A stretch of DNA of 64,000 bases from positions 1,126 through 65,125 of the forward strand of contig CAZGWH010000005.1 in the NCBI GenBank assembly GCA_964529325.1. The letters run 5' to 3'. This stretch comes from an uncultured bacterium (GTDB lineage Bacteria; Fidelibacterota; Marinisomatia; SCGC-AAA003-L08; GCA-2689995). Shown here one piece after another: positions 24,252-34,008 of the stretch. Under the pieces are notes generated by a model. It saw nothing but the letters and a program-made list of their open reading frames with translations. It ran no database searches and was not told the origin of the DNA. The stretch's first letter is position 1. Each line of letters begins with the position of its first letter. The position numbers and the translations under genes were made by a program.

Positions 24252-24692
24252 ATGGATTTAGGATCTTTATCTCCTGCAGAAGGATCAGTAAGAAAAACGA
24301 AGCGAATTGGTCGTGGTAATGCTTCTGGATGGGGTCGAACTGCTGGGCGAGGAATGAATGGTTATAAAGCCCGCTCTGGTAGTAAATCAAAACCACATTT
24401 TGAAGGTGGACAAACACCTTTATCGAGAAGGCTTCCAAAAAGAGGATTTTCTAATTATCCCTTTAGAAAAGAATTTCAAATTATTAATTTAGATCAATTA
24501 AGTAAGTTAGAACTTTCTAAAATTGATTTTGATATTTTATATCAAAAAGGTTTAATTAATAAAAAAAATATACCTGTTAAAATTTTAGGAAATGGTGATA
24601 TTACTTCTAATATAGAAGTAACGGCAGATGCTTTTAGTCAATCAGCAATTTCTAAAATAGAAAAATCAGGTGGAAAAGTTATTTATAAATGA
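24252..24692 (+). CDS. rplO: 50S ribosomal protein L15
   Basis: KRIGRGNASGWGRTAGRG...FEGGQTPL. TGA stop overlaps the secY ATG. Confidence 0.97.
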   Translation: MDLGSLSPAEGSVRKTKRIGRGNASGWGRTAGRGMNGYKARSGSKSKPHFEGGQTPLSRRLPKRGFSNYPFRKEFQIINLDQLSKLELSKIDFDILYQKGLINKKNIPVKILGNGDITSNIEVTADAFSQSAISKIEKSGGKVIYK

Positions 24693-26023
24693 TTGAAAAG
24701 ATTTTAAATATATTTAAAGTTGAAGAGTTAAGGAAGAAAATAGGCTTCACCTTAATGATTATTGCTATATATCGATTGGGAGGTCATATACCTGTTCCTG
24801 GAATTAATACAAACGCATTACAAGAGGTAATGGGGCAGTATTCAAATTCACTCTTAGGTTTATATGATATGTTTGCTGGTGGATTTTTCTCACAAGCATC
24901 TATCTTTGCATTAGGTATTATGCCTTATATTTCAGCTTCAATTGTAATTCAGTTATTAGGTGCGGTTGTACCTTATTTCCAAAGATTACAAAAAGAAGGT
25001 GAAGAAGGTCGTAAAAAGATAATTCAATTAACAAGATATGGTACTGTTTTATTGGCTTTTCTTCAATCTATTGGTGTTGCTGTATTTTTAACTAGCTACC
25101 CTGGGACATCTCAAGGACCAATTGTACCTAATCCAGGAATAACATTTATTCTAACAACAATTATAATTTTAGTAACAGGTGTTATATTTGTTATGTGGAT
25201 GGGGGAGCAAATTACCGATTATGGTATTGGTAACGGTATTTCATTAATAATTATGGTTGGAATATTATCTCGTGCACCTCATATTTTTGTTCAACAAAGT
25301 AGATTGTTTCAAGATGGTTTATTAAGTGGAACTTTAATTGTAATGCTTGTAGCTACAGCAATAGTTATTACAGGTTTTGTTGTATATGTATCAACTGGAG
25401 TTCGTAAAATTCCAGTACAATATGCAAAAAGAGTTGTTGGGAGAAAAGTATATGGTGGTCAAGCTTCTCATATTCCTTTGAAAATATTAACTGCGGGTGT
25501 AATGCCAATTATTTTTGCTCAAGCACTAATGTTTATACCCAATACGATGGCATCATTTTTTCCTGTGGGAAATTGGTTCGGTGAAAAATTAACTATCTGG
25601 TTTTCACCTACACACGCCGTTTATTCTATTTTTTTTGCATTATTAATTGTGGTATTCACTTATTTTTATACAGCAATGGCTTTTAATCCTGTTGATGTTG
25701 CTGATAATATGAAAAAACAAGGTGGATTTATTCCTGGCGTTCGGCCTGGTAAAAATACAGCTGAATATATAGATAATATTTTAACTCGATTGACACTTCC
25801 AGCTGCTATATTTTTAGCATTAGTCGCAATTTTTCCATCAGTTTTAGTTATGCTAGATGATCAAGTAGATTATGCATTAGCGAGTTTCTTTGGTGGTACA
25901 AGTTTATTAATTATAGTAGGTGTTGCATTAGATACTTTACAACAAATTGAAAGTCATTTAATAATGCGTCACTATGATGGATTTTTGAAATCAGGGCAAA
26001 TTAAAGGTCGCAAACGCTTTTAG
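24689..26023 (+). CDS. secY: Preprotein translocase subunit SecY
   Basis: 444 aa, multi-TM. LGIMPYISASIVIQLL, GEEGRKKI. Confidence 0.98.
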   Translation: MIEKILNIFKVEELRKKIGFTLMIIAIYRLGGHIPVPGINTNALQEVMGQYSNSLLGLYDMFAGGFFSQASIFALGIMPYISASIVIQLLGAVVPYFQRLQKEGEEGRKKIIQLTRYGTVLLAFLQSIGVAVFLTSYPGTSQGPIVPNPGITFILTTIIILVTGVIFVMWMGEQITDYGIGNGISLIIMVGILSRAPHIFVQQSRLFQDGLLSGTLIVMLVATAIVITGFVVYVSTGVRKIPVQYAKRVVGRKVYGGQASHIPLKILTAGVMPIIFAQALMFIPNTMASFFPVGNWFGEKLTIWFSPTHAVYSIFFALLIVVFTYFYTAMAFNPVDVADNMKKQGGFIPGVRPGKNTAEYIDNILTRLTLPAAIFLALVAIFPSVLVMLDDQVDYALASFFGGTSLLIIVGVALDTLQQIESHLIMRHYDGFLKSGQIKGRKRF

Positions 26024-26040
26024 CCTAAGCTCTTAATTTT

Positions 26041-26784
26041 TTGATACACATTCGTAATTCAATAGAAGTTGAGAAAATAAAGGCTAGTTGTGAGATTGTT
26101 CGCGATACTTTATTTATGTTGGAAGATTTAGTGAAACCAGGAGTGACAACTTTTGAGTTAGATAGGAAAGCCGAAGAATTCATAATTTCTAAGGGTGCTA
26201 AACCTGGATTCAAAGGTTTATATGGTTTTCCAGCAACATTATGTGTTTCAATTAATGATGAAGTTGTTCATGGGATACCAAAAAATAGAAAACTAGAGGA
26301 TGGTGATATAATCGGTATTGATTGTGGAACATATATGAATGGATTTTATGGAGACCATGCAAAATCTTTCACTGTTGGAAAAGTAGATTCTAAAGTTATT
26401 GAATTATTAAAAGTAACTAAAGAAAGTTTATATCTAGGAATTGAACAGGCTATACCAGGAAACAATATCGGAGATATTGGTTTTGCTATTCAAAATCATG
26501 TAGAAAAATATAATTATGGAATAGTAAAAGATTTAGTGGGGCATGGAATTGGAGAAAAATTACATGAAGAACCTCAAATTCCAAATTATGGAAAAAAAGG
26601 GCGAGGGGCAAAAATCAAAGCTGGTATGTGTTTTGCGATTGAGCCAATGATTAATTTAGGTACTGATCAGGTTTTTACTAAAAGTGATAGTTGGACGGTA
26701 TGTACAAAAGATGGTAAACCATCTGCACATTTTGAACATACGATTACAGTAACAAATGATAAACCTATAATTTTAACTAAATAG
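26041..26784 (+). CDS. map: Methionine aminopeptidase type I
   Basis: TTG start. [28 protein letters not shown] and FEHT metal ligand motifs. Confidence 0.96.
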   Translation: MIHIRNSIEVEKIKASCEIVRDTLFMLEDLVKPGVTTFELDRKAEEFIISKGAKPGFKGLYGFPATLCVSINDEVVHGIPKNRKLEDGDIIGIDCGTYMNGFYGDHAKSFTVGKVDSKVIELLKVTKESLYLGIEQAIPGNNIGDIGFAIQNHVEKYNYGIVKDLVGHGIGEKLHEEPQIPNYGKKGRGAKIKAGMCFAIEPMINLGTDQVFTKSDSWTVCTKDGKPSAHFEHTITVTNDKPIILTK

Positions 26785-26791
26785 GATTAAA

Positions 26792-27013
26792 TTGGCAAAA
26801 ACAAAAGCCATAGAAATCGATGGAATTATTAATGAAACATTACCGAATGCGATGTTTCGTGTAAAACTTGAAAATGGGCATATAGTTTTGGCACATGTTT
26901 CAGGGAAAATGAGAATGCATTTTATAAAAATATTACCTGGGGATAAGGTGAAATTAGAATTATCACCTTACGATCTTACTCGAGGTAGAATAACATATAG
27001 GTATAAAGATTAA
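26792..27013 (+). CDS. infA: Translation initiation factor IF-1
   Basis: TTG start. [31 protein letters not shown]. Confidence 0.98.
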   Translation: MAKTKAIEIDGIINETLPNAMFRVKLENGHIVLAHVSGKMRMHFIKILPGDKVKLELSPYDLTRGRITYRYKD

Positions 27014-27015
27014 TT

Positions 27016-27129
27016 ATGAAAGTTAGAGCTTCTGTAAAAAAAATATGTGACAAATGTCAAATTATTAAAAGACATGGTGTCGTAAGAGTAATTTGTGAAA
27101 ATCCAAAACATAAACAGAAACAAGGTTAA
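27016..27129 (+). CDS. rpmJ: 50S ribosomal protein L36 (zinc form)
   Basis: Not in the ORF track. Translation [37 protein letters not shown]. Confidence 0.95.
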   Translation: MKVRASVKKICDKCQIIKRHGVVRVICENPKHKQKQG

Positions 27130-27140
27130 GGAATATACAA

Positions 27141-27512
27141 TTGGCAAGAATTGCTGGAGTTGACCTCCCAAGAAATAAAAAAATAGAATATGCACTTCCA
27201 TATATTTATGGAATTGGTCTTAATTTATCAAGAGACATATTAAATAAAACTGGTATAGATTCTAATACCCGTGTACATGAACTATCAGAAGAAGATGTAC
27301 TAGCTATTAGAAATGAAATTGTAAATAGTTATCAAGTTGAAGGTGACTTGCGTTCAGAAATTGGTCGGAATATAAAACGATTAATGGATGCGGGAAGTTA
27401 TCGAGGACTACGACATAGAAAAAGACTTCCCGTGAGAGGTCAGCGAACACATACAAATGCTCGTACGCGTCGTGGTAAAAAGGGCTTGGCAATTAAACGA
27501 AAAATTAAATAA
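27141..27512 (+). CDS. rpsM: 30S ribosomal protein S13
   Basis: TTG start. [26 protein letters not shown]. Confidence 0.98.
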   Translation: MARIAGVDLPRNKKIEYALPYIYGIGLNLSRDILNKTGIDSNTRVHELSEEDVLAIRNEIVNSYQVEGDLRSEIGRNIKRLMDAGSYRGLRHRKRLPVRGQRTHTNARTRRGKKGLAIKRKIK

Positions 27513-27531
27513 ACGGAATAGGAGATAATCT

Positions 27532-27921
27532 TTGGCAAGACCTGTAAAAGGTAAGAAAAAGAAAAAGATTAAAGTTGATCCTGAAGGGGTAGCCCATATC
27601 AAATCAACTTTTAATAATACTATAATTACACTTACTGATAAATTTGGAAATGTTATATCTTGGGGGAGTGCAGGATGTACTGGAATTAAAGGTTCTAGAA
27701 AAAGTACACCATTCGCTGCTACTCAAGCTGCTGAAAAAGCTGCTGAAACTGCAATGAGTATGGGACTATCTACCATTGAGGTTAGAGTTAAAGGACCTGG
27801 ATCTGGAAGAGAAGCTGCAATTAGGGCATTAAGAGCAACAGGCTTAAATGTTACAGCGATTGTAGATGTAACACCGATTCCACATAATGGTTGTAGACCA
27901 CCAAAAAGAAGAAGAGTATAA
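27532..27921 (+). CDS. rpsK: 30S ribosomal protein S11
   Basis: TTG start. [18 protein letters not shown]...[18 protein letters not shown]. Confidence 0.98.
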   Translation: MARPVKGKKKKKIKVDPEGVAHIKSTFNNTIITLTDKFGNVISWGSAGCTGIKGSRKSTPFAATQAAEKAAETAMSMGLSTIEVRVKGPGSGREAAIRALRATGLNVTAIVDVTPIPHNGCRPPKRRRV

Positions 27922-28532
27922 TGGCAAGATTTAGAGGACCAAGAGCAAAAGTTTGTAGAAGATTAGAATTTCCAGTTTTTGAATCACCCAAATTTGCTTC
28001 ACCAAGGAAAAACTTTCCACCGGGACAGCATGGACAATCAAGAAGGCGAAAACTTTCAAATTATGGTGTTCAGCTTAGAGAAAAACAACGGATTAAATAT
28101 TTATATGGTGTTTTAGAAAAGCAGTTTAGAACTTATTTCAAAAAAGCACAATCTAAAGCAGGTCCAACAGGGCATAATTTATTAAGCATGTTGGAATCTC
28201 GATTAGATAATATTGTATATCGATTAGGGTTAGCTTCTACAAGACGATCTGCAAGACAAATTGTTACTCATAAACATTTGATGGTTAATAATAGAGTTGT
28301 TAATATACCATCATATATATGTAAACCAGGTGATGTAATCCAAATTCGTGACAAAAGTAAAAAATCTGAAATATTCCATGAATCAATGAGACGAATTCAA
28401 GGTGAAAATCCAATGCCATGGTTATTTTTAGATAAATCAAAACTAATGGGTACATTTGAAACTGTACCTGAACGAGACGAAATTCCAGAACCAGTTAATG
28501 AACAATTGGTTGTAGAATTATACTCAAAATAA
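27921..28532 (+). CDS. rpsD: 30S ribosomal protein S4
   Basis: [14 protein letters not shown]...YGVQLREKQ...RLDNIVYRLGLA. Confidence 0.98.
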   Translation: MARFRGPRAKVCRRLEFPVFESPKFASPRKNFPPGQHGQSRRRKLSNYGVQLREKQRIKYLYGVLEKQFRTYFKKAQSKAGPTGHNLLSMLESRLDNIVYRLGLASTRRSARQIVTHKHLMVNNRVVNIPSYICKPGDVIQIRDKSKKSEIFHESMRRIQGENPMPWLFLDKSKLMGTFETVPERDEIPEPVNEQLVVELYSK

Positions 28533-28570
28533 TCATTAACTACACCTTTAAAATAATAAGGATCAAATAA

Positions 28571-29551
28571 TTGATAACAACAAAAGACAGACATTATCCT
28601 GAAATAATAGTTAAAATTGTAGATGACTCTGAAAATCATGCAAAAATTGTTGCAGAACCATTTGAGCGAGGTTACGGTTTAACTGTTGGTAATAGCTTAA
28701 GAAGAGTATTATTAACTTCTGTTCCTGGTGCCGCAATAAGTGCAATAAAAATTGATGGCGTTTCTCATGAATTTTCAATTGTAGAGGGTGTCATTGAAGA
28801 CTTACCAGATATTATTTTAAATTTAAAAGAAGTAAGATTTAAATATGTTGGTGATGCAAATGAGACAATTACTCTTCAATTAAATGGCCCTCGAGAATTC
28901 ACAGCAAAAGATATCGGAGATGCATTAAAAGAATTTGATGTGTTAAACCCTGATTTGCATATTGCAACATTAACTGAAAAAGCTGAACTTACAATTGATA
29001 TTAAAGTTGTGAGAGGAAAAGGTTATAGTCCTGCAGAAAAAAATAAAAGAGATGAGTCGCCTTTAGGTACAATCTTTATTGATAGTGTTTTTAATCCAAT
29101 TACAAATGTTTCTTATGAAGTTCAACCTATCCCTGCTTCAAGGGAAGGTCTTGAAAAATTAACACTAGATGTTACTTCTGATGGTGCATATGATCCAAAA
29201 GATGCGATTAATCATTCAGCTTCAATTTTAAGAAAACAATTGGGTTTATTTTTGTTTAATGATTCACGAAATATTGCTGCTGTTGATGAAGAAAAAATGA
29301 ATGAAACTCTTGAGATAAAATCAATTCTACTTAAGAGTATTGACGAAATGGAACTTTCTGTTAGAAGTCATAATTGTTTACAAGCTGCTGGAATTAAAAC
29401 AATTGGCGAATTAGTTGATAAGGAAGAAAATGAAATGCTTCGATTTAAAAACTTTGGTAGAAAATCATTAACTGAATTAGTTGAAAAATTAAGCAGTATG
29501 TCACTATCATTTGGTATGGATGTTGAAGCTTATCTTGAAAGTGAAGGCTAA
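28571..29551 (+). CDS. rpoA: DNA-directed RNA polymerase subunit alpha
   Basis: TTG start. GYGLTVGNSLRRVLLTSVPGAAI. C-terminal domain ELSVRSHNCLQAAGIKTIGEL. Confidence 0.97.
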   Translation: MITTKDRHYPEIIVKIVDDSENHAKIVAEPFERGYGLTVGNSLRRVLLTSVPGAAISAIKIDGVSHEFSIVEGVIEDLPDIILNLKEVRFKYVGDANETITLQLNGPREFTAKDIGDALKEFDVLNPDLHIATLTEKAELTIDIKVVRGKGYSPAEKNKRDESPLGTIFIDSVFNPITNVSYEVQPIPASREGLEKLTLDVTSDGAYDPKDAINHSASILRKQLGLFLFNDSRNIAAVDEEKMNETLEIKSILLKSIDEMELSVRSHNCLQAAGIKTIGELVDKEENEMLRFKNFGRKSLTELVEKLSSMSLSFGMDVEAYLESEG

Positions 29552-29554
29552 AAA

Positions 29555-29977
29555 ATGAGACATCAAAAGAGTGGTCGCAAATTAAATAGAACTGCTAGTC
29601 ATCGTAAAGCATTAATGATGAATATGGCATCATCTTTAGTTTTACACAAAAGAATCAGAACAACCGATGCTAAAGCTAAAGAGCTTCGAGGGTATGTAGA
29701 ACGATTGGTTACTTATGCAAAAAAAGAATCTGTTCATGGGCGTCGATTGATTCAAAAAAAATTACCAGGTTCATTAGGTAAAAAAGTAGCTAATATATTA
29801 ATTCACGATATAGCACCAGAATTTAAAGAAAGAAATGGTGGTTACACTCGAATAATTAAACTTGGTAATCGAAAAAATGATAATGCCTCTGTTTCATTAA
29901 TTGAATTTGTTGGATTTGAAAATTTAATTGATACTGAAATTATTGAAGGTGAAGTTGTCGAAAGTGAAGACGCTTAA
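29555..29977 (+). CDS. rplQ: 50S ribosomal protein L17
   Basis: MRHQKSGRKLNRTASHRKALMMNMA...GGYTRIIKLG. Confidence 0.98.
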   Translation: MRHQKSGRKLNRTASHRKALMMNMASSLVLHKRIRTTDAKAKELRGYVERLVTYAKKESVHGRRLIQKKLPGSLGKKVANILIHDIAPEFKERNGGYTRIIKLGNRKNDNASVSLIEFVGFENLIDTEIIEGEVVESEDA

Positions 29978-30000
29978 GGCAATTTAACTGACATATTACA

Positions 30001-31098
30001 TTGATTAAAAAATCATTTATATATAGGGCTATGTTTTTCATAGCCCTATTTTATTTTCAATTATTTTCTAAAAATTTAGATACATTTATGTGGGTTCAAA
30101 TTGAATCAATGACCTCAAAAGAATCAATCGATGATGTAATTAAGTTTGCAACCCAAAATAGATATAGTAATTTATTAGTTCAAGTGAGAAGCAGAGATAA
30201 TGCGGCGTATAATTCAAAAATTGTTTCAAAATTAATTTCAATTAATAAGAATTTTGACCCTTTAGAATATATTTTAAAAAAAGGGCATATTAATAATTTA
30301 AAAATTCATGCATGGTTAAATATGTATGTTTCATGGTCTGGAAAGAATAGTCCAAAAAATAAAAAACATTTAATCAATATTAATAATAAATGGCGAGATT
30401 ATTCTTTTAATAAAACAAAAAATATATTTACAAATCATTATATATCCCCCAATCACCCCGAAGTAAATAATTATTTATTAAATATTATTAGAGAAGTTTG
30501 TAATAATTATAATATTGATGGAATACATTTAGATTATATTCGATTTAAAGATTTAAATTTTGGAAATAATAATATTGGATTAAAAGAGTTTTCTAATAAA
30601 ATGAAATATACAGATTTTTCCTTACTAGATGAAAATATTACTCAAAGCCAAATTGAGGAATGGAATAAATTTAAACTTAATAAAGTTACTGAACTTGTAA
30701 ATCGAACTCATTATTTATTAAAATCAAAATTTAATAATATTAAATTATCTGTAGCAGTTAAACCTAATTTATTAGAAGCTAAAATTAGGTTTTCTCAAAA
30801 TTGGGTGGAGTGGTTAAAATCTGGAATTGTGGACTATGTACTACCTATGAATTATTATTCAGATATGTATTACTTTAATAGAGATCTAAAATTAATGATT
30901 AATCGAATTCCACAACCTTTACATTTTAAAATTATAATGGGGATTGGGTGTTATAACCAATCTGTTGATAATGTTATCGATAAAATTTCATTAGTAAAAA
31001 TGCATGGTTTTGGAGGAATAAGTTTATTCTCATTTGATAATCATAAAAATGAATTAGATTGGTTTTACCCATTAAATAAAATATTAACAAATAACTAA
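30001..31098 (+). CDS. Glycosyl-hydrolase-like family 10 (DUF187/YngK-like) secreted protein; true start possibly ATG 30031
   Basis: Hydrophobic N-terminus. KIHAWLNMY, GIHLDYIRF and DYVLPMNYY resemble the TIM-barrel GHL10 family. Assigned from motif memory only. Confidence 0.5.
   Translation: MIKKSFIYRAMFFIALFYFQLFSKNLDTFMWVQIESMTSKESIDDVIKFATQNRYSNLLVQVRSRDNAAYNSKIVSKLISINKNFDPLEYILKKGHINNLKIHAWLNMYVSWSGKNSPKNKKHLININNKWRDYSFNKTKNIFTNHYISPNHPEVNNYLLNIIREVCNNYNIDGIHLDYIRFKDLNFGNNNIGLKEFSNKMKYTDFSLLDENITQSQIEEWNKFKLNKVTELVNRTHYLLKSKFNNIKLSVAVKPNLLEAKIRFSQNWVEWLKSGIVDYVLPMNYYSDMYYFNRDLKLMINRIPQPLHFKIIMGIGCYNQSVDNVIDKISLVKMHGFGGISLFSFDNHKNELDWFYPLNKILTNN
30023..30057 (+). terminator. Rho-independent terminator of the alpha operon
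   Basis: Perfect 11-bp stem ATAGGGCTATG (30023-30033) / CATAGCCCTAT (30039-30049), TTTTT loop, then TTTATTTT. Lies 46 nt after the rplQ stop. Confidence 0.65.
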
Positions 31099-31110
31099 TT
31101 AGGTTTATAT

Positions 31111-32772
31111 ATGAAATCACGACTTATTAAATCACCAATTGGAAACAAATTAAATTGCAAAGGTTGGCATCAAGAGGCCGCCTATAGAATGTTACAAAAT
31201 AATTTAGATCCTAATGTTGCTGAAGATCCAGATAATTTAATCGTTTATGGTGGGCTTGGTAAAGCCGCAAGGAATTGGGAATGTTTTGAAAATATTCTAA
31301 ATTCATTAAAATTATTAGAAAATGATGAAACACTATTAATACAATCAGGGAAACCTGTTGGTGTTTTTAAAACTCATACATGGACTCCTAGAGTAATTAT
31401 ATCAAATTCAATGTTAGTACCAAATTGGGCGAATTGGGAGCATTTTCGTGAACTCGATAAAAAAGGTTTAATGATGTATGGTCAAATGACAGCAGGATCT
31501 TGGATATATATTGGAACTCAGGGTATTCTACAAGGAACTTATGAAACTCTTGCTGAAGTTGCTCGCCAACATTTTAATAATACATTAAAAGGAACTTTAA
31601 CAGTAACTGCAGGGCTTGGAGGAATGGGTGGTGCCCAACCTTTAGCCGTTACCATGAATGAAGGTGTAAATATTACGATTGAAGTAGATCCTCATCGTAT
31701 TGATAGAAGATTAGAAACAAAATATCTGGATGTAAAAACAAATTCTTTTGAAGAAGCATTTACGATTGCAAATCACGCAAAAAATACAGGGAAAGCAATT
31801 TCCATTGGATTATTAGGTAATGTAGCAGATGTATTAAAAAGAATGATTGATGAAAATATTGTACCAGATATTTTAACTGACCAAACATCTGCACATGATG
31901 AATTAATTGGGTATATTCCAAATGGTATGACTTTAAAAGAGGCAAATGAATTAAGAGAAAGTAATCCAAATAAGTATATTAAAGAATCATATAGAACGAT
32001 GGGCGAGCATTGCAATGCGATGTTGGATTTACAAAAAATGGGTGCTGTCACTTTTGATTATGGAAATAATTTAAGAGGTCAAGCACAGACTAATGCAGGG
32101 GTTCAAAATGCATTTGATTTTCCAGGATTTGTTCCAGCCTATATTCGAAGTTTATTTTGCGAAGGGAAAGGTCCTTTCCGATGGGTTGCATTGTCAGGAG
32201 ACCCCGAGGATATTTATAAAACAGATAAGAAAATATTAGAGTTATTTCCAGAAGATAAACCACTCGCAAGATGGATTAAAATGGCTCAAGAAAAAGTTCA
32301 ATTTCAAGGACTACCTTCACGGATTTGTTGGTTGGGATATCGTGAGCGAAATTTATTTGCAGAAGTTATTAATGATATGGTCGCTTCAGGAGAATTAAGT
32401 GCACCAATAGTTATAGGAAGAGACCATTTAGATTGTGGTTCTGTTGCGTCTCCTAATCGTGAGACGGAGGCGATGAAAGATGGTTCTGATGCGGTTGCTG
32501 ATTGGCCAATTTTAAATGCAATGCTATCTGTTGGAGGTGGAAGTAGTTGGACATCTGTTCATCATGGTGGTGGAGTTGGGATGGGATATTCAATTCATTC
32601 AGGTGTAGTAATTGTTGCTGATGGCACTCCAGAGATGAAAGATCGATTAAACAGAGTATTAACAAATGACCCTGGCACTGGAGTGATGAGACATGCTGAT
32701 GCCGGTTATGAAAAAGCAATTGATATTGCTAAAGAAAGAAACCTTAAACTTCCAATGGAAAACATGTTTTAA
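31111..32772 (+). CDS. hutU: Urocanate hydratase
   Basis: 553 aa. [49 protein letters not shown]. Confidence 0.96.
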   Translation: MKSRLIKSPIGNKLNCKGWHQEAAYRMLQNNLDPNVAEDPDNLIVYGGLGKAARNWECFENILNSLKLLENDETLLIQSGKPVGVFKTHTWTPRVIISNSMLVPNWANWEHFRELDKKGLMMYGQMTAGSWIYIGTQGILQGTYETLAEVARQHFNNTLKGTLTVTAGLGGMGGAQPLAVTMNEGVNITIEVDPHRIDRRLETKYLDVKTNSFEEAFTIANHAKNTGKAISIGLLGNVADVLKRMIDENIVPDILTDQTSAHDELIGYIPNGMTLKEANELRESNPNKYIKESYRTMGEHCNAMLDLQKMGAVTFDYGNNLRGQAQTNAGVQNAFDFPGFVPAYIRSLFCEGKGPFRWVALSGDPEDIYKTDKKILELFPEDKPLARWIKMAQEKVQFQGLPSRICWLGYRERNLFAEVINDMVASGELSAPIVIGRDHLDCGSVASPNRETEAMKDGSDAVADWPILNAMLSVGGGSSWTSVHHGGGVGMGYSIHSGVVIVADGTPEMKDRLNRVLTNDPGTGVMRHADAGYEKAIDIAKERNLKLPMENMF

Positions 32773-33974
32773 TGAAAAGTATAATAACAAATATTAAATC
32801 TATTTTTACTTGGGATGATATTAATAATTCTTTTCTAGAAATAAATAATAAAAATATACTAATTGAAAATGGAATAATTATTGAATTATGTGATAATATT
32901 CCATCCGTTGATGAGGAAATTGATGCTGATGGATTATGTATAACTCCTGGTTTTATTGACTCACATACTCATCCTGTCTTTGCAAATAATAGAGCAAATG
33001 AGTTTAAAATGAGAGTTTTAGGTAAATCGTATAAGGAAATTACTGAAAAAGGAGGTGGGATAATTTCATCAATTAATGCTGTAAGAAAATCGACAGAAGA
33101 TGAATTATATAATTTTACTTTAGAAAATATCGAAACTCTTTTTTCTCATGGTTCAACATTAATTGAAGCAAAATCGGGTTATGGATTAACACTTGAAGAT
33201 GAAATTAAATCATTAAAAGTATTAAAACGAATAAATACAGATTGTATAATTGATATTATTCCTACATTTATGGGTGCACATGCTTTTCCTCCAGAATATT
33301 CCGATAATAAAGAACGGTATATTGATTTAATTTGTAATGAAATGATTCCACAAGTTGCTGAAAAAAAATTGGCTTTATATTGTGATGTATTTTGTGAAAA
33401 AGGATATTTTACTGTAAATCAGTCACGACGAATATTAGAAACAGGAATAAAATATGGATTGAAACCTCGTTTACATGCTGATGAATTTATTGATTCTAAT
33501 GGTGCTGAATTAGCTTCTGAAATAGGTGCAATTTCAGCAGATCATCTAATGGCAATTTCAGATATTGGTATAAAAAAAATGGCCGATGCTGGAGTAATTG
33601 CAACAATTTTACCTGGAACCACATTATTTTTGGGTCAACATAATTATGCAAATGCACGGAAAATGATTGATAATGGATTAGAAATAGCAATTGCCACAGA
33701 TTTTAATCCAGGCTCTTCAACATTAAATTGTTTATCGATGGCAATGGCATTAGCAACACTTTATTGTGGAATGACGATTGAAGAATCTTTTAAAGCAATT
33801 ACATATAATAGTGCAAAAGCGGTAGGGATGGAAAATAAAATTGGAATGATAAAAAAAGGGTATCAAGCTGATTTATTATTTTGGAATATTAATTCAATTG
33901 ATGAAATACCATATTGGATGGGGTCTGACCGTATGATTAATATTATGAAAAAAGGTGAGTTTTTAGAGGATTAA
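32772..33974 (+). CDS. hutI: Imidazolonepropionase
   Basis: GFIDSHTHPVFA, KSGYGL, HADE, ATDFNPGSS amidohydrolase motifs. Overlaps the hutU stop. Confidence 0.93.
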   Translation: MKSIITNIKSIFTWDDINNSFLEINNKNILIENGIIIELCDNIPSVDEEIDADGLCITPGFIDSHTHPVFANNRANEFKMRVLGKSYKEITEKGGGIISSINAVRKSTEDELYNFTLENIETLFSHGSTLIEAKSGYGLTLEDEIKSLKVLKRINTDCIIDIIPTFMGAHAFPPEYSDNKERYIDLICNEMIPQVAEKKLALYCDVFCEKGYFTVNQSRRILETGIKYGLKPRLHADEFIDSNGAELASEIGAISADHLMAISDIGIKKMADAGVIATILPGTTLFLGQHNYANARKMIDNGLEIAIATDFNPGSSTLNCLSMAMALATLYCGMTIEESFKAITYNSAKAVGMENKIGMIKKGYQADLLFWNINSIDEIPYWMGSDRMINIMKKGEFLED

Positions 33975-33988
33975 TCCTCTAATTTTTA
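33964..33988 (+). terminator. Putative intrinsic terminator overlapping the hutI stop
   Basis: TAGAGGAT/ATCCTCTA inverted repeat (33964-33981) followed by a T-run. Confidence 0.5.
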
Positions 33989-34008
33989 TTTATATTTTTG
34001 GAGATTTT

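Noticed and set aside
24689-26784. Absence of adk between secY and map.
   Set aside because: This is a common lineage-dependent variation of the spc operon and is not evidence of anything unusual.
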